Below the pieces are notes generated by a model. That model was not told where the DNA came from. It did not search any database and saw only the letters and a program-made list of their open reading frames with translations. The position numbers and the translations under genes are program-made. Below, one piece after another: positions 47,315 through 62,617 of a stretch of DNA of 64,000 bases (positions within the stretch are counted from its first letter, which is position 1; each line of letters opens with the position of its first letter). This stretch comes from Chrysomallon squamiferum (taxonomy: Eukaryota; Animalia; Mollusca). The stretch is taken from positions 29,822,001 to 29,886,000 of the forward strand of contig CM022672.1 in assembly GCA_012295275.1 (NCBI GenBank), written 5' to 3'.

Positions 47315-47654
47315 ATAAATCCGCCATTTTACCAGTTTACAACTGACATCATGAGTTCACTTTCATGTTACAGTTTAAATGCGGTCATGACATTTACGTA
47401 AGTCAAAGCATCACGAACGCCGGAAATATATCGATCTCTTCTTGTTCGAACATCGTGTGACAATGAATCACAAAGTTTTTCTACTCGATAATCTGTGTCA
47501 AACCCGTACATTCCATGACGTCAGTATTTTCAAAAGACAGAAACCCTAATTCATCAAGAAACCGGTAATGACTGCTGTGTAAACGTGACTTCCAAGTCAA
47601 GAAAGATTTTACGTGGTAAATGGCTACTACTACTACTACAACTACTACTACCAA

Positions 47655-47704
<50 letters not shown>

Positions 47705-48049
47705 TATGATGATTATTATTACTCATATTATTATTGCTATTACAACTATTATTAATAGTATCACTGTCATTATTACTACTACTATTTTTAATATTACTAT
47801 TGCTATAACAGCTATTAGTGGCGTTGGTGTTGTTACTGATTCTTACTTGTATGACCTGTACCCAGGTCATTTTGAAAGAGAAATTTGACTTGCAGGGTCA
47901 CTGCGATTTTACCTCAGGTAAAACCTGATGGATAACAGAACAGAAAAGAAAGCGTGGCCTTACCCAACCCGTAAAACAACGTGTAGCATTCCGGCAGTGA
48001 CTTTTAACCAATCAAATCTGTCCGCAGTGAAGTGTGTCGTTAGTAACTT

Positions 48050-48640
48050 TTCGACGAATACAGATGCCTTCGAAGTTGTCAGAATCGTCACCTTGATCAG
48101 CAATCACGAGGTAATTTCGGAAAATGTGAATGTTGTCCCACAGTTCTTCTGCTTGGACATGACTCGCGAGTATTCAGACCACAGCAACACGTTGACGACG
48201 CTGATTCCAAGGAAGTTTTGTAGGATTCTGGCTGCAAAGGAGTCTGATAGTTTTATGCTAATGAATAACACCACGACCTGCTGCCGGAATAAAGGAAGGA
48301 CAGTCGGGCTGATTCTGTTAACAGTGACCACTAAAGACTTCACCTTTCCATACATTCCTCTCACATTTTGACACACCCTCCACCACAAGGACGACCTCCT
48401 GAACCCAAAGAGTCGTCCCACTCGTTTTCTTCTTCTAAGGTAAACACGACATCTTCCATCAACTCTGAATAAACACAACCGGCTTTTATCAGTGAACAAT
48501 ACCGTCTGCTAGATGTTACGTCTGCAAACACCGGTCCTCAAGTTGCAGTGTCACTCTTGGTCTCTCTGTCCTTGTCTGTCTGATGTCGTATTTCTCTTTA
48601 AGTTTACAGCACAGTACGGGAACAAACAAAGGTTCTTTGG
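48050..48640 (-). mobile_element. Degenerate Tc1-like transposase remnant (unit B)
   Basis: FTDKSRLCLFRVDGRCRVYLRR...AARILQNFLG..VVNVLLWSEYS. Confidence 0.8.
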
Positions 48641-49382
48641 ATAAAAGCAAAGATAGCCCCGAACAGTGCAGACCCACGGCTTGTTTGACGTTGTTACAGT
48701 TGTCATTCGTGGCAGTCTTGTGGTGATTTTGTTGTCATTGTAGATGTGTGACGTGTTATGCCGTCTATGTCGTATTCTATACATTAGCTGCATGTGTCAT
48801 TACTGCTCTTCATAAAGCACGTGCTTTTCATTTTTTCGCGCTTTCTCATTTTAACCGGCTTAACGTAGATCATTATTCCTCAAACACTGTTGTTTCGTTT
48901 CCCTTTGTGTTTTGCACTATTAAATTTCAACTAGCTTTACAGTTTTTCTAAAATTTCATTTATGCAGTCGTAAAATATATTTTGGTCATGTTCTGCGTCT
49001 AGTGTTTTTGTTCTCACATCGAAAGTATCTATTTATTAAAATATTTTAAAAACATCATTGAATTTCCATAAACCTTTATTCTGACTTTAGTCGAACTGCA
49101 AATTTCTATAATACAGCATTATTGAACTATTTGAACGTACATGTAAGCTGTGAATGGATGAACATCTACAAAGCAGAAACTGGCTGACACTGCTCTCTGA
49201 CAGAGAGCAACCCAGAACAACTTGTACAAGCCGAGCGTAGGTGAAACATCGATGTAATGTATCACATAATTTGCATATAAAATATTTATTGCTGCAAATC
49301 AATAAGGAAGAACTATTCCCTGATTTTGTAGCAAATAATTACAACACCATATATACTCATCAAAATTTATCAAAGTGACTAT

Positions 49383-49513
<131 letters not shown>

Positions 49514-50600
49514 ATATTTTTATAATGTTTAATATTTTATCCAGAATTCAAGTCTTTGTAACCCCCATTATAGTTCGTATAAGATTATAATATTTTATCC
49601 ATAATTTAAAACTTTATAATTCCAAGCGAATCCCCAAGTTTCTGAGGATCCTCTTTTGTCTTAATCTCATTAGTTAACATATTAACACTAACACTCTCAC
49701 GCTCAGACAGGCTCGAATTTTGAAATCTAAGCCTGTGATAAATCAGCTTCGACTTCCAGAATTGTCAGTCATATTTGAAATAATTAAACTGTATCTTTGC
49801 TGATATGAACAAATAGTGTATATATAATCTGAATACATGTCTTTGCTCCGCCATTTTATTCTTGCGTGACGTCATTGTGTTTAGGCCGAACTGATTCATT
49901 CTAAAGTTTCTTATAATGTCTTGGGGGGCGGGAAATGTTTTTATCAGTTCTCTACATACACAGTGATGTCATGAATACAATTTTTGAGGTACAAAAGTCA
50001 TATTCTGATTCTGCTACTAATAATATTAGTACATTACGGTCATGATATATTTTCAAAGAAACAACAGCAACAGGAATCGATTATTATTGTTGTCTCAAGC
50101 GTCTTGTGTTAATCTCTATAAAACCTGTTCTTCATCAGTAAATTATGCTTACCAGAAGAAAAGAAATTAAAATGTTTATCTTGTCGTTATTTTAAAGAGA
50201 CTGTTATCGTGAAAATAAAAATGTTAGAAAGAAAAAAAAAAGAAATAAAGAAAAAGTTAACGTCATTTTATACGTTGTGGTTTTTAACCATTCACGTCTA
50301 GAGCGCATGTGCACAGCATTTACACAATTGCTATTGTACACCATCAGTAATTATTTTATTATTATTATTATTATTATTATTACTGGTGTTATTGTTGTTG
50401 TTGTTGCTATTGCTGTTATTTTTATTATTTGTTATTTATTTATTTTTTTAGTAGTAGTAGTAGTAGTAGTAGTAGTTAGTAGTAATAGTTTTAGGACTAG
50501 TAGTAGTAGTAGAAGTAATAACTAACAAGGTAAGTTGTAATAGTATTGGCTGTGATAGTAGTAGTTTTAGAATTAATACATTATTTATTTCATTATTACC

Positions 50601-50657
<57 letters not shown>

Positions 50658-51267
50658 TTTATTTTTTTTTTTTATTTTTTATTTATTTATTTATTTTATT
50701 AGCTAATTTATTTTAATTTTAATTTAATTTTATTTTTGACGTCAAATACTAACGCTAATTTACGAAACAATTATTAGCACAAACCCAGATCTGCATAGAG
50801 TATTTATACCAACAATAATATAACTGGTAAACAGGATTACAAAAAATACGTTAATGTCTCTATAACTGTACATCATATTAAAAATTACATATTAACTTCC
50901 GTGTAAAATTATAATAGGAAAATAACTGATGCTTCACAAAACTGAAGTAAATAAAAAATATATATTTTATTATTGCTATTATATCTTGATTAATTAACAC
51001 CGTGACAATATCGAATATCGATTCACGTCTTTTCATTGCTGTTGAAGATCATTAATTTTGTATTTTCATCGCATTAATCTTTTGTGTCAGTTTAAAAATA
51101 CTAAAAGTGAAAGAGCATGTTCTATTCATTATGAAATAATTTTCCCCAGAAGAGTTATCAGGCTGTTTGTCTTATCATCTACTGGACTCAGGAGAAGGCA
51201 AAAGCTTATACGTGCTTCTAAGCGTGTACTGGATATGTGCTATTACCTACGTATTATACGGTACGTT

Positions 51268-51382
<115 letters not shown>

Positions 51383-51667
51383 TTTGTTTAATTATTTATT
51401 ATTTATTCGTTCATTTATTCATTTATTGGTTCATGTATTCATTTATTTGTTATTATTTATTCAAGGACTTGTGTATTATTATTGTTGTTTTTTGTTGTTT
51501 TATTTGATTATCTCTGGTTCATTTTTCACTCATTCTCTTTTTCTTTTTCTGTTTGTTTGTTTCTGTTTATTTTGTTATTGTTTTTTCAATATAGTTTTAT
51601 ATATATAATTTTACTTCTATATTAAAATATCTTTCTTCCTTTATTTTTTTTCATTTTTCGATTTATG

Positions 51668-51724
<57 letters not shown>

Positions 51725-51879
51725 GTCTGTCTGTCTGTCTGTCTATCTATTTATTTATCTATCTGTCTTTTCTTGTTTATCGTTAATTTTTTTTTTTTTC
51801 TGCACTTAAAATTAATTTAGCTTATTTTTATTTACTTTATTAGAACATTTCTTCCAATTTTGTTTTAAATTCTATTCTA

Positions 51880-52001
<122 letters not shown>

Positions 52002-52098
52002 GTCTCTCTCTCTCTCTCAGCCCACTTTAAAATATTTATGGTTGTGTCTACATTGACCGTATATTTCAGAAATGAAACTGTTTTAATATTCGTTACAG

Positions 52099-52935
52099 AT
52101 GATCAGATACATAAGTCTTGGATTTATGTTCGTCTTGTTTCAAGGTAAGTAATAAATTAATTTTAAGTTAATAATAAAATTTGCAGATTTTGTGTGGTAA
52201 ATCGCAGATATATAGATAGATAGATAGATAGATAGACAGATTAGGTTGAGGAATAACTGATTGCGGTTAAATTAAATTTAATCATTACATAGATGAAAAC
52301 TTAATCTTACTTGATAACAAGATGGAATTCAATCAATGATGTGTTCTCCGTTGTTATTTACCACTTCTTCCCAACGGTCAATAAGTTTTTCGATGCCTCT
52401 GCAATAAATTTTAATCAATTATGAACCCAGTGGCGTATTCCTCAACCCAGTAAACAAACATTTACGTTTAAATCTTGAGTTGTGAACAAATCGATTTTTA
52501 CATACTTACAAGTAATTTCATTTTTATCCTTATTTTATTTGATTTTAATTTTTATTTTATTTTATTTATTTATTGATTATGTTTATTTGTTGTTTTACTT
52601 ATTATTTATTTATTCATTTATCTTTATTTATGTTTTTTTCTATTATTTATTTATTTATTTTTTTTTTTTTATTTTTTTATTAATTAATTTCTTCATTTAT
52701 TTTTTGTTTCTTCAATTCTTCAAATTCTTGTCTTTTTAAAGTGTATGTTACTATGTTGTTACCTTAAAAAAAAATGTAGTGTAAATATAATATGTCATTT
52801 CCGAGTGACTGTTCTGTTACTTTCATGTTAATGTTACATGTAGTTCGGTTAATAATATTACAGCGATTTAACACATTTTCTACAGTTAATCTATTTCTAC
52901 GGGTGTAAGTCTGTGCGCGAATTTGTAGGTGTATC

Positions 52936-52996
<61 letters not shown>

Positions 52997-54114
52997 CCCC
53001 ACATGATGTCCTACTAAATAAATATACATATAACTCTTTGATTTATTAAAAATGCATCACAAAATTATCGCTTTAGTTCAGACACTGCCAAGAGAAGGAA
53101 TTAAAAGCATATTTAATATTTCAGTGGCTATTAATTTGCCACTTTCAACTCATAGATGTAGCAGATTGCGTGTATAGCTTTTACTGGACTAGCTTGTGAA
53201 TATGTGTGTGTGTCTCTGTGTTTGTGTGTGTGTGTGTGCGCGCGCGCGTGTATGTGTGCTTGTCGAAAGAGAGACACCCAGTGATTAAATTCAAAACCTT
53301 TTAGAGGAGAGCTTGTGAAAATATGTGTTTGTGCGTGTATGTGTGCATGTTTCAATTCAGTTTTTCCTGTATTTGTTTTTAACGTGTGTGTTTGTTTGTT
53401 TTTCTCAGTCATCACCGGGACACCGTCAACGCCCGTAGTTTTGTATCTGCACACAGAAACACGAAGCTGGAACGAGGCTAATTACCAATGTGAGAAAGAC
53501 GAGCAGCGATTGGTTACTGTAAAGGACAGCGCTAAAAACCAGACTCTTTACGACATTGTTACTGAGTGGAAAACCGATCATGTTATGCAAGAAGATATAA
53601 TTAATATTTAGTTTTTTTAATCTTCTGTCTTTTAAATTAGAGCTGTTGTGTTGTTGCCATTCTCATATCAGTATGTACCGTGTAAAAATCGTGAAGCATT
53701 AGATCTACTGTAACAGAGTGTGTGTGGGTGGGTGTGAGTGTGTTTGTGTGTGTTAATGTATTGTACAATGACTCCAATTAATTTGATACGTAAGTTATTT
53801 TAAAGTGCAGATACAGATATAATGGCTTGTCTCACAAATGTTTCACAAAAAATTATTTAAAATTTAATAGATATATTCAAAACCAAAGAATACATACTGT
53901 GCAGTTTATCTCAAATTTAAAAAAGCACTTATCAGTGAGAAATTTGAGTTTTAGTTTGTAGTATGACAGTTTGGAAGTTCGAACACCGCTAGGAACTCTC
54001 ACTAACTATTTGTTTTGGGCTGCGCTCTTCTATTGATTTATCATTGGTATTCTATACACCTTTCTGATGATGCTATTCAAGCATACTACTCACACACACA
54101 TACAATAAAAAACA

Positions 54115-54161
<47 letters not shown>

Positions 54162-54190
54162 TAATAATAATAAAAATAATAATAATTATA

Positions 54191-54222
<32 letters not shown>

Positions 54223-54289
54223 CATCATCATTATCATTATAATTATTATTGTTCTTGTTATTATCAATTACTTTTTTGTTTTTTTTTTG

Positions 54290-54325
<36 letters not shown>

Positions 54326-55328
54326 GTATTATACAGCTAATTGAGAAAGCCAGTTAACAGCGTCATTGAACCTGGTTTCCTCTTTGATATCAATATTCAG
54401 TGAAAATCACAAACTGGTGGAAACGCACATACCATAGCCATGGTCAATTAAGTTGAATATTCTTTGTAATGTAAATATAACTAAAATTGTTTTCCTATTT
54501 ACAAATGAAAATATACTGCTGGTAGCTAGCTGTTCTTTCTCACAACAGCAAGAAAAAATATTAGTAATAATAACAATAACAACAACAACAGCAGCAGCAG
54601 CAGCAAAAAGAACAACATCAACAGTAAATAATAATAATAATGATAGTAAAAACAAGAAGAAGAACAACAAGAAGAAATATCAGAATAATAATAAATAATA
54701 ATTTAAAATAATAATAATACAAACAAAATACTTAAATTTACTGCCAGTAATTTACACCAACATTTCCAATGTGCCTGGTGTTTCTTTAACAACGTCATTT
54801 TATTGGTGACGTCAAATCATTGAACATTTATTAATACGTCAGCTTTGTAATAATAATAAAAATAATAATAATAACTAAATGAAATAGAAATAGAAATAAA
54901 ATTACGTTCACAGGATTTCTATTAAGCGTTTTAATATATTCGTCTTTGTATCGAAAATATTCGCAAAGCCGATTCACTTTTCGGAAACTTCCGTAATCAG
55001 ACAATGACGTCAACAATGCATTGACGTGCACGTCGTAAAATACACAGCGACAGTATTGAAACTTAATGTTCTTGCTTTTGTGAAAAATTATATAGTTTGC
55101 AACAAAGGTGAAATATTTCTTACACACAACAGAATACTGCTATTTCTAAAATCATTGTTTAACATTTTCTTATTTATTGTTTTATTTATTTATTAGTATT
55201 ATTAGTATTACTGTTGTTGTTGTTGTTGTTGTTGTTCTTACTGGTATTAGTGTTTATCATCATCATCATTATTACTATTATTATTATTATTCTTTATATA
55301 TTTATTTATTTATTATTATCATCATCAA

Positions 55329-55368
<40 letters not shown>

Positions 55369-57050
55369 TTATTTATTGATTTATTTATTATTCAGAGATG
55401 GTGATATATGGTTCGGACTGTACTATGACGTAGATCAAGCTAATTACAGCTGGACGGACTGTACTGAGCTGGGAAGCTTGACGATTTGGGACTCATCGGA
55501 ACCAAACTATATAAAACAAGACAGGTGCATACGAATACACACAGACACGTTTAAATGGAGAACGTGGCCTTGTGAACATTATCACCACTACATCTGCGAA
55601 GTGCCTCTAGGTGTGTAGTAACAACAATAACAATAACAACAACGACGACAACATAATAACAGCAGTAGTAGTAGTAGTAATAGTAGATATAGCTGTAGTT
55701 GCAGTAGTAGTTGTTGTTGTTCTAGATGTAGTAGTACCAACAATAGTAATAGCATCCAGGGCAGTAAATCTAATCCTAGTTTGTTTAGTATAAGAAGCGA
55801 CAGCAGTTTTATTAGTACTAAAACTGGAATAGAACAATAATAGCTTATACTCTCGTTTTGTTTAATAGTTTGGCTTTATCATTTATCCATAAGAGTACTG
55901 GTAGTAGTAGTAGTTGTAGTAGTAGTAGTAGTAGCAGTAGCAGTAATAGTCATAGTCATGGTAGTTTTAGTAGTAGTACAAGTAGTAGATAGCAATAGCA
56001 TTCGTATTAAAACTAGAGCAGAACAATAATATTTGATACTCTGACTATTTTGTAATAGTTATAATAATAGCTGTATTGTTGATACTATTATCCGCAGAAG
56101 TACTAATACTAGTAGTTGCAGTAGTAATAGCGAAAATAGTCGTAGAGATCCATAGTATTAGAACTACAATAAAACAATAATAACTGATACTCTCACCGTT
56201 TTGAAATAGTTATAGTAATAGCTGTATTCTTATTATCGTTATCCACAGTAGTAGTTTGACTAGTAGTAGTTGTAGGAGTAGTAGCGGTAGTACCAGTACT
56301 AGACAGCAATGGTATTAGTAATAGAGCAATATTAGTTTACACTCTCACTATATTATAATAGTTATAGTAACAGCAGTATCGTTGTTATTATCGTAGTGGT
56401 AGTAGTAGAAGCACTAACAGTAGTAACAGTTGTACTAGCAGTAGTAGTAATTTAATCAGTAATAGTAGTTGTAGTAGGAACAGTAATAATATGAGTAATA
56501 GCTATTGTAAAAATAACACCAGCTTCTGTAGTAGTACTTGTAATAGTATAGGATAAGAACTAGCAACAGCAGTAGTAGGAGTGGTAGAAGTAGTGACGGT
56601 AGTAAGTAGTAGTAATAGAAGAGGTAGTAGCAGTAGTGGTGGTAGAGGTAGTGACGATAATAAGAGAGGTAAAAGTAGTAGTAGGAGCAGGAGGAGTAGA
56701 AGTTGTTCTTGTCGTCGTTGTTGTATAGCTGAAATTGTAACCACGTTTACAGGTGAAACTGTAGTTTTTTTGTTTTTTTTTCTTTTTTTTTTCAGATTCT
56801 TGCTGGTTTGATGCTTACACACACAAAACTTTAACCGGAGATTTAGTTAATATGGGATTAACCGACTTGCCCGGATGTAAGAATATCTGCCTGACAATAG
56901 ATGAGACAAGCAAAGAGTGCGTGGCCTTCACCTTCACGGAGAAAGCCGAGTGTCTCCTTTTAATGCAAAACAACGTTTACGTAGACAACAACGTTCCTAG
57001 CATGGAATTCTACATGACAGCGACAACATCAGTAAAGCGTTGTTATCTAT
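52099..57050 (+). CDS. Paralog B of the CTLD-PAN gene, exons 1-4, cut off by the assembly gap; exon 2 donor is GC
   Basis: Exons 52099-52144, 53409-53586, 55396-55610, 56796-57050, same lengths as paralog A; donor reads AT|GCAAGA. Confidence 0.75.
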
Positions 57051-57364
57051 GTAAGTTCGATTTTTGTTACAAATGCGTGACTTTTAGCATTAAATTATCA
57101 ATTCTTTTGTAATAATGCACCACTTTATTACTATAACAGTTCGGCATCCTATAGCAAATAACAGCGACCTCTTACATTCAGTTTGTTTATAAAAAAAGTG
57201 TGTTAAATATACATTAACGTTACTAGAAATGCAGTGTTGGTTCTATCTTTCAACACTTGAAAAAAACAAATTCATGTTTCTTTGTAATTTGAATACTATC
57301 ATTCTTTCACACACACACACACACATGCGTACATTACATACATACATGCATGCATACAATACAT

Positions 57365-57564
57365 NNNNNNNNNNNNNNNNNNNNNNNNNNNNNNNNNNNN
57401 NNNNNNNNNNNNNNNNNNNNNNNNNNNNNNNNNNNNNNNNNNNNNNNNNNNNNNNNNNNNNNNNNNNNNNNNNNNNNNNNNNNNNNNNNNNNNNNNNNNN
57501 NNNNNNNNNNNNNNNNNNNNNNNNNNNNNNNNNNNNNNNNNNNNNNNNNNNNNNNNNNNNNNNN
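57365..57564. other. Scaffold gap (200 N)
   Basis: Direct reading. Confidence 1.
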
Positions 57565-58269
57565 CGCCGGAAATATATCGATCTCTTCTTCTTCGAACTT
57601 CGTTTGAAAATGAATCACAATGTTTTTCCACTCGATAATCTATGTACAAATGACTGCATTCCATGACGTCAGTATTTTCAAAAGACAGGAACCCTAATTC
57701 ATCACGAAACCGGTAATGACCGCTGTGTAAACGTGACTTCTAAGTCAAGGAAGATTTTACGGGGTAAATGGCTGCTACTACTACTACTACTAGTACTACT
57801 ACTATTACTACTACTACCACTACTACTACTACTATATGATGGTTATTATTACTAATATTATTATTGCTATCACAACTATCATTACTAGTATCACTGTTAT
57901 TACTACTACTACTATTTTTATTATAACTATTGTTATAACGGCTGTAGTGGTGTTCGTGTTGTTACTGATTCTTACCTGTACCCAGGTCATTCTGAAAGAG
58001 AAATTTGACTTGCAGGGTCACTGCGATTTTACCTGATGTAAAACCTGATGGATAACAGAACAGAAAAGAATGCGTGGCCTTAACCAACCCATAAAACAAC
58101 GAGTATCTTCGGCTGATTGACACAAAGCTTTATCTGGGCAGTAACATTCCGGCAGTGACTTTTAACCAATTAAATCTGTCCGCAATGAAATGTGTCGTTC
58201 GTAACGCTTCGTCATTAGATATAAAACACTGGTGAGACAAGAACACCTCAGGTGTACGTTACCAAAAGG

Positions 58270-58850
58270 TACAAACCACTCGAGAACTTATAGCGACGGA
58301 TACAGACGCATTCGACGTTGTCAGAATCGTCACCTTCATCAGCAATCACGAGGTAATTTCGGAAAATGTGAATGTTGTCCCACAGTTCTTCTGCTTGGAC
58401 ATGACTTGCGAGTATTCAGACCACAGCAACACGTTGCCGTTGCTGAGTCCAAGGAAGTTTTGTAGGATTCTGGCTGCAAAGGAGTCTGTTAGTTTTCTGC
58501 TTATGAATGACACCACGACTTGCTGCTGGAATAATGGAAGGACGGTCGGGCTGATTCTGTTAACAGTGACCACTGAAGACTTCACCTTTCCATACATTCC
58601 ATCCCACACCTTTACAAACTCTCCACCACAAGCGGCGACCTCCTGAACCCAAAGAGTCGTCCTATTCGTTCTCTTCTTCAACTCAGAATAAACACAACCG
58701 GCTTTTATCAGTGAACAATACCCTCTGCTAGATGTTACGTTCGCAAACACCGGTCCTCAAGTTGCAGTGTCACTCTTGGTCTCTCTGTCCTTGTCTGTCT
58801 GATGTCGTATTTCTCTTTAAGCTTACAGCACAGTACGGGAACAAACAAAG
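58270..58850 (-). mobile_element. Degenerate Tc1-like transposase remnant (unit C)
   Basis: VQEVAACGGEFVKVWDGM (compare VQERDRFGGGSVMVWGGI)...AARILQNFLG...NVLLWSEYS. Confidence 0.8.
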
Positions 58851-59603
58851 ATTCTTGCGACAAAGGCAAAGACAGCCCAGAACAGTGCCATACTCACGGC
58901 TTGTTTGACGTTGTTACAGTTGTCGTTCGTGGCAGTCTTGTGGTGATTTTGTTATCACTGTAGATGTGTGACGTGTTATACCGTCTATGTCGTATTCTAT
59001 ACATTAGCTGCATGTGTCATTACTGCTCTTCATAAAGCACGTGCTTTTCATTTTGTCGCGCTTTCTCAATTTAACCGGCTTAACGTAGATAATTATTCCT
59101 CAAACACTGTTGTTTGTTTCCCTTTGTGTTTTGCACTATTAAATTTCAACTAGCTTTACAGTTTATCTAAAATTTCATTTATGCAGTGGTAAAATATATT
59201 TTGGTCATGTTCTGCGTGTGTGGTTTTTGTTCTCACATCGAAAGTATTTATTTATTACAATATTTTATAAACATCATTGAATTTCCATAAACCTTTATTC
59301 TCACCTTTAGTCGAACTGCAAATTTCTATACTACAGCATTATTGAACTATTTGAATGTACATATCAGTTGTGAATGGATGAACAAATACAAAGCAGAAAC
59401 TGGCTGACACTGCTGTCTGACAGAGATCAACCCAGAACAACTTGTACAAGCCGAGAGTAGGTAAAACATCGATGTAACGTATCACATAATTTGCATATTA
59501 AATATTTATTGCTGCAAATCAATAAGGAAGAACTATTCCCTGATTTTGTAGCAAATAATTACAAGACCATATATATTCATCAAAATTTATCAAAGTGACT
59601 ATT

Positions 59604-59739
<136 letters not shown>

Positions 59740-60730
59740 CTTTTATAATGTTTAATATTTTATCCAGAATTTAAAACTTTATAATATCAAGCGAATCCCC
59801 AAGTTTCTGAGGATCCTCTTTTGTCTTATCCTCATTAGTTAACATATTAACACTAACACTCTCACGCTCAGAGAAGCTCGAATTTTGAAACCTAAGCCTG
59901 TGATAAATCAGCTTCGACTTCCAGAATTGTCAGTCATATTTGAAATAATTAAACTGAATCATTGCTGATACAAACAAATAGTCCATATATAATCTGAATA
60001 AATGTCTTTGCTCTTGCATGACGTCATTGTGTTTAGGCCGAACTGATTCATTCTAAAGTTTCTTATGATGTCTTTGGGGGGATGTTTTTATCAGTTCTCT
60101 ACATACACAGTGATGTCATGAATACAATTTTGGAGGTACAAAAGTCATGTTCTGATTCCGCTACTAATAATATTAGTACATTACGGTCATGATATATTGT
60201 CAAAGAAACAGCAGGAATAGGAATCGATTATTATTGTTATCTCAAGCGTCTTGTGTTAATCTCTATAAGACCTGTTCCTCATCAGTAAATTATGCTTACC
60301 AGAAGAAAAGAAATTAAAATGTTTATCTTGTCGTTATTTTAAAGAGACTGTTATCGTCAAAATAAAAATGTTAGAAAGAAAAGAAATAGAAAGAAATAAA
60401 AAGTAACCTCATTTTAAACGTTGTGGTTTTTAACCATTCACGTCTAGTCCGCATGTGCACAGCATTTACATAATTGCTATTCTACACCATCAGTAATTAT
60501 TTTATTATTATTATAATAATAATTATTATTACTGGTGTTGTTGTTGTTGTTGTTGTTGCTATTGCTGTTATTTTTATTATTTGTTATTTATTTATTTATT
60601 TATTTTAGTAGTAGTAGTAGTAGTTTTAGTAGTAGTAGTAGTATTAGGAGTAGTAGTAGAAGTAATAACTAACAAGGTAAGTTGTAATAGTATTGGCTGT
60701 GAAAGTAGTAGTTTTAGAAGTAATAAATTA

Positions 60731-60785
<55 letters not shown>

Positions 60786-61386
60786 TTTATTTATTTATTT
60801 ATTTATTTATTTATTTGTTTATTTATTTTATTAGCTAATTTATTTTAATTTTAATTTTATTTTATTTTTGACGTCAAATACTAAGGCTAATATACGAAAC
60901 AATTATTAGCACAAACCCAGGACTGCATAGAATATTTATAGCAACAATAATATAACTGGTAAACAGGATTACTAAAAAAAATGTAAACATTAACTTCAGT
61001 GTTCAACTCCTGAGACTAACTCATAAATATGTAAGCAGGAAAATAACTGATGCTTCACAAAACTCAAGTAAATAAAATATATTTTGTTTTATTATTGCTA
61101 TTATATGTTGTTTAAATAACACCGTGATAATATCGAATATCGATTCACGTCTTTTCATTGCTGTTGAAGATCATTAATTTTGCATTTTCATCGTGTCAGT
61201 TTAAAAATACTAAAAGTGAAAGAGCATGTTTTATTCATTATGAAATACTTTTCCCCAGAAGACTTATCAGGCTGTTTGTCATAATCTCTCTTAGCAACTA
61301 TTGGACTCAGGTGAAGGCAAAAGCTTATACGTGCTTCTAAGCGTGTACTGGATATGTGCTGTTACCTACGTATTATACGGTACGTT

Positions 61387-61494
<108 letters not shown>

Positions 61495-61576
61495 AAGCCC
61501 GCTTTAAAATATTTATGGTTGTGTCTCTTGTTGACCGTATATTTGAGAAATGAAACTGTTTTAATATTCGTTACAG

Positions 61577-62582
61577 ATGATTAGATACATCAGTCTTGGA
61601 TTTATCTTCGTTATCTTTCAAGGTAAGTAATAAATTAATTTTAAGTTAATAATGAAATTTCAGATTTTGTGTGGTAAATTGCATTATCTATTAACAAGTT
61701 AATTAATTGAATCTGTATGTATGTGTGTGTATCTCTGCGCGCGCGCGCTTGTGTGTGTGAGTGTGAAAATATTGGGTTGAGAAATAAGTCATTGTGGTTG
61801 AATTAAATTCAATCATTACATAGAAGAAAACTTAATCTTACTTGATAACAAGATGTAATTTAATCAATAATCTATTCTCCGTTGTTATTTTCCACTTTTT
61901 CCCGACGGTCAACAACTTTTTCGATGCCTCTGCAATAAATCTGAATCAATTATGAACCGTCTGTGTGTGTGTATATGTACACACACCCACGCACACAGAT
62001 ACAATGCAATAAACATTTCAGTATAAATCTTGAGTTGTGAACAATTAAACTATTTCGATTTTTGAATACTTATAAATAATTTCATTTTTATCCTTAATTT
62101 ATTTATTTTTTATTTTGTATTTACCTGTTGTTTATTTATTTGTTATATTTACTAATTGTTTTTCTATTTATTAATTTATTTATTTATTTACTTACTGATT
62201 TATTTTATTTCATTTTATTTTTTTTATTTTTATTTAAATGTTTATCTATTATTTATTTACTTAGTTTTATTTTTTTATATTAATTAATTACTTTATTTAT
62301 TTTCTGTTTCTTCTTTTCTTCAAATTTCTCTCTTTTTAAGTGTATATTAAAAGGTGTGTAAATATAATATGATATTTCCGATTCACATTTCTGTTACTTT
62401 CATGTTAACGTTACATGTAGTTCGGTTAATAATATCACAGCGATTTAACACATTTTCTACAGTTAATCTGTTTCTACGGCTGTAAGTCTGTGCGCGAATT
62501 TGTATGTGTATCTGTGTGTGTATGTGTGTGTGTGTGCGTCTGTGTGTTTGTACGTATATATGTGTGTTTGTACGTATATGTG

Positions 62583-62617
<35 letters not shown>

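Noticed and set aside
57229-57666. ORFs spanning the N gap
   Set aside because: Artefacts of translating N bases.
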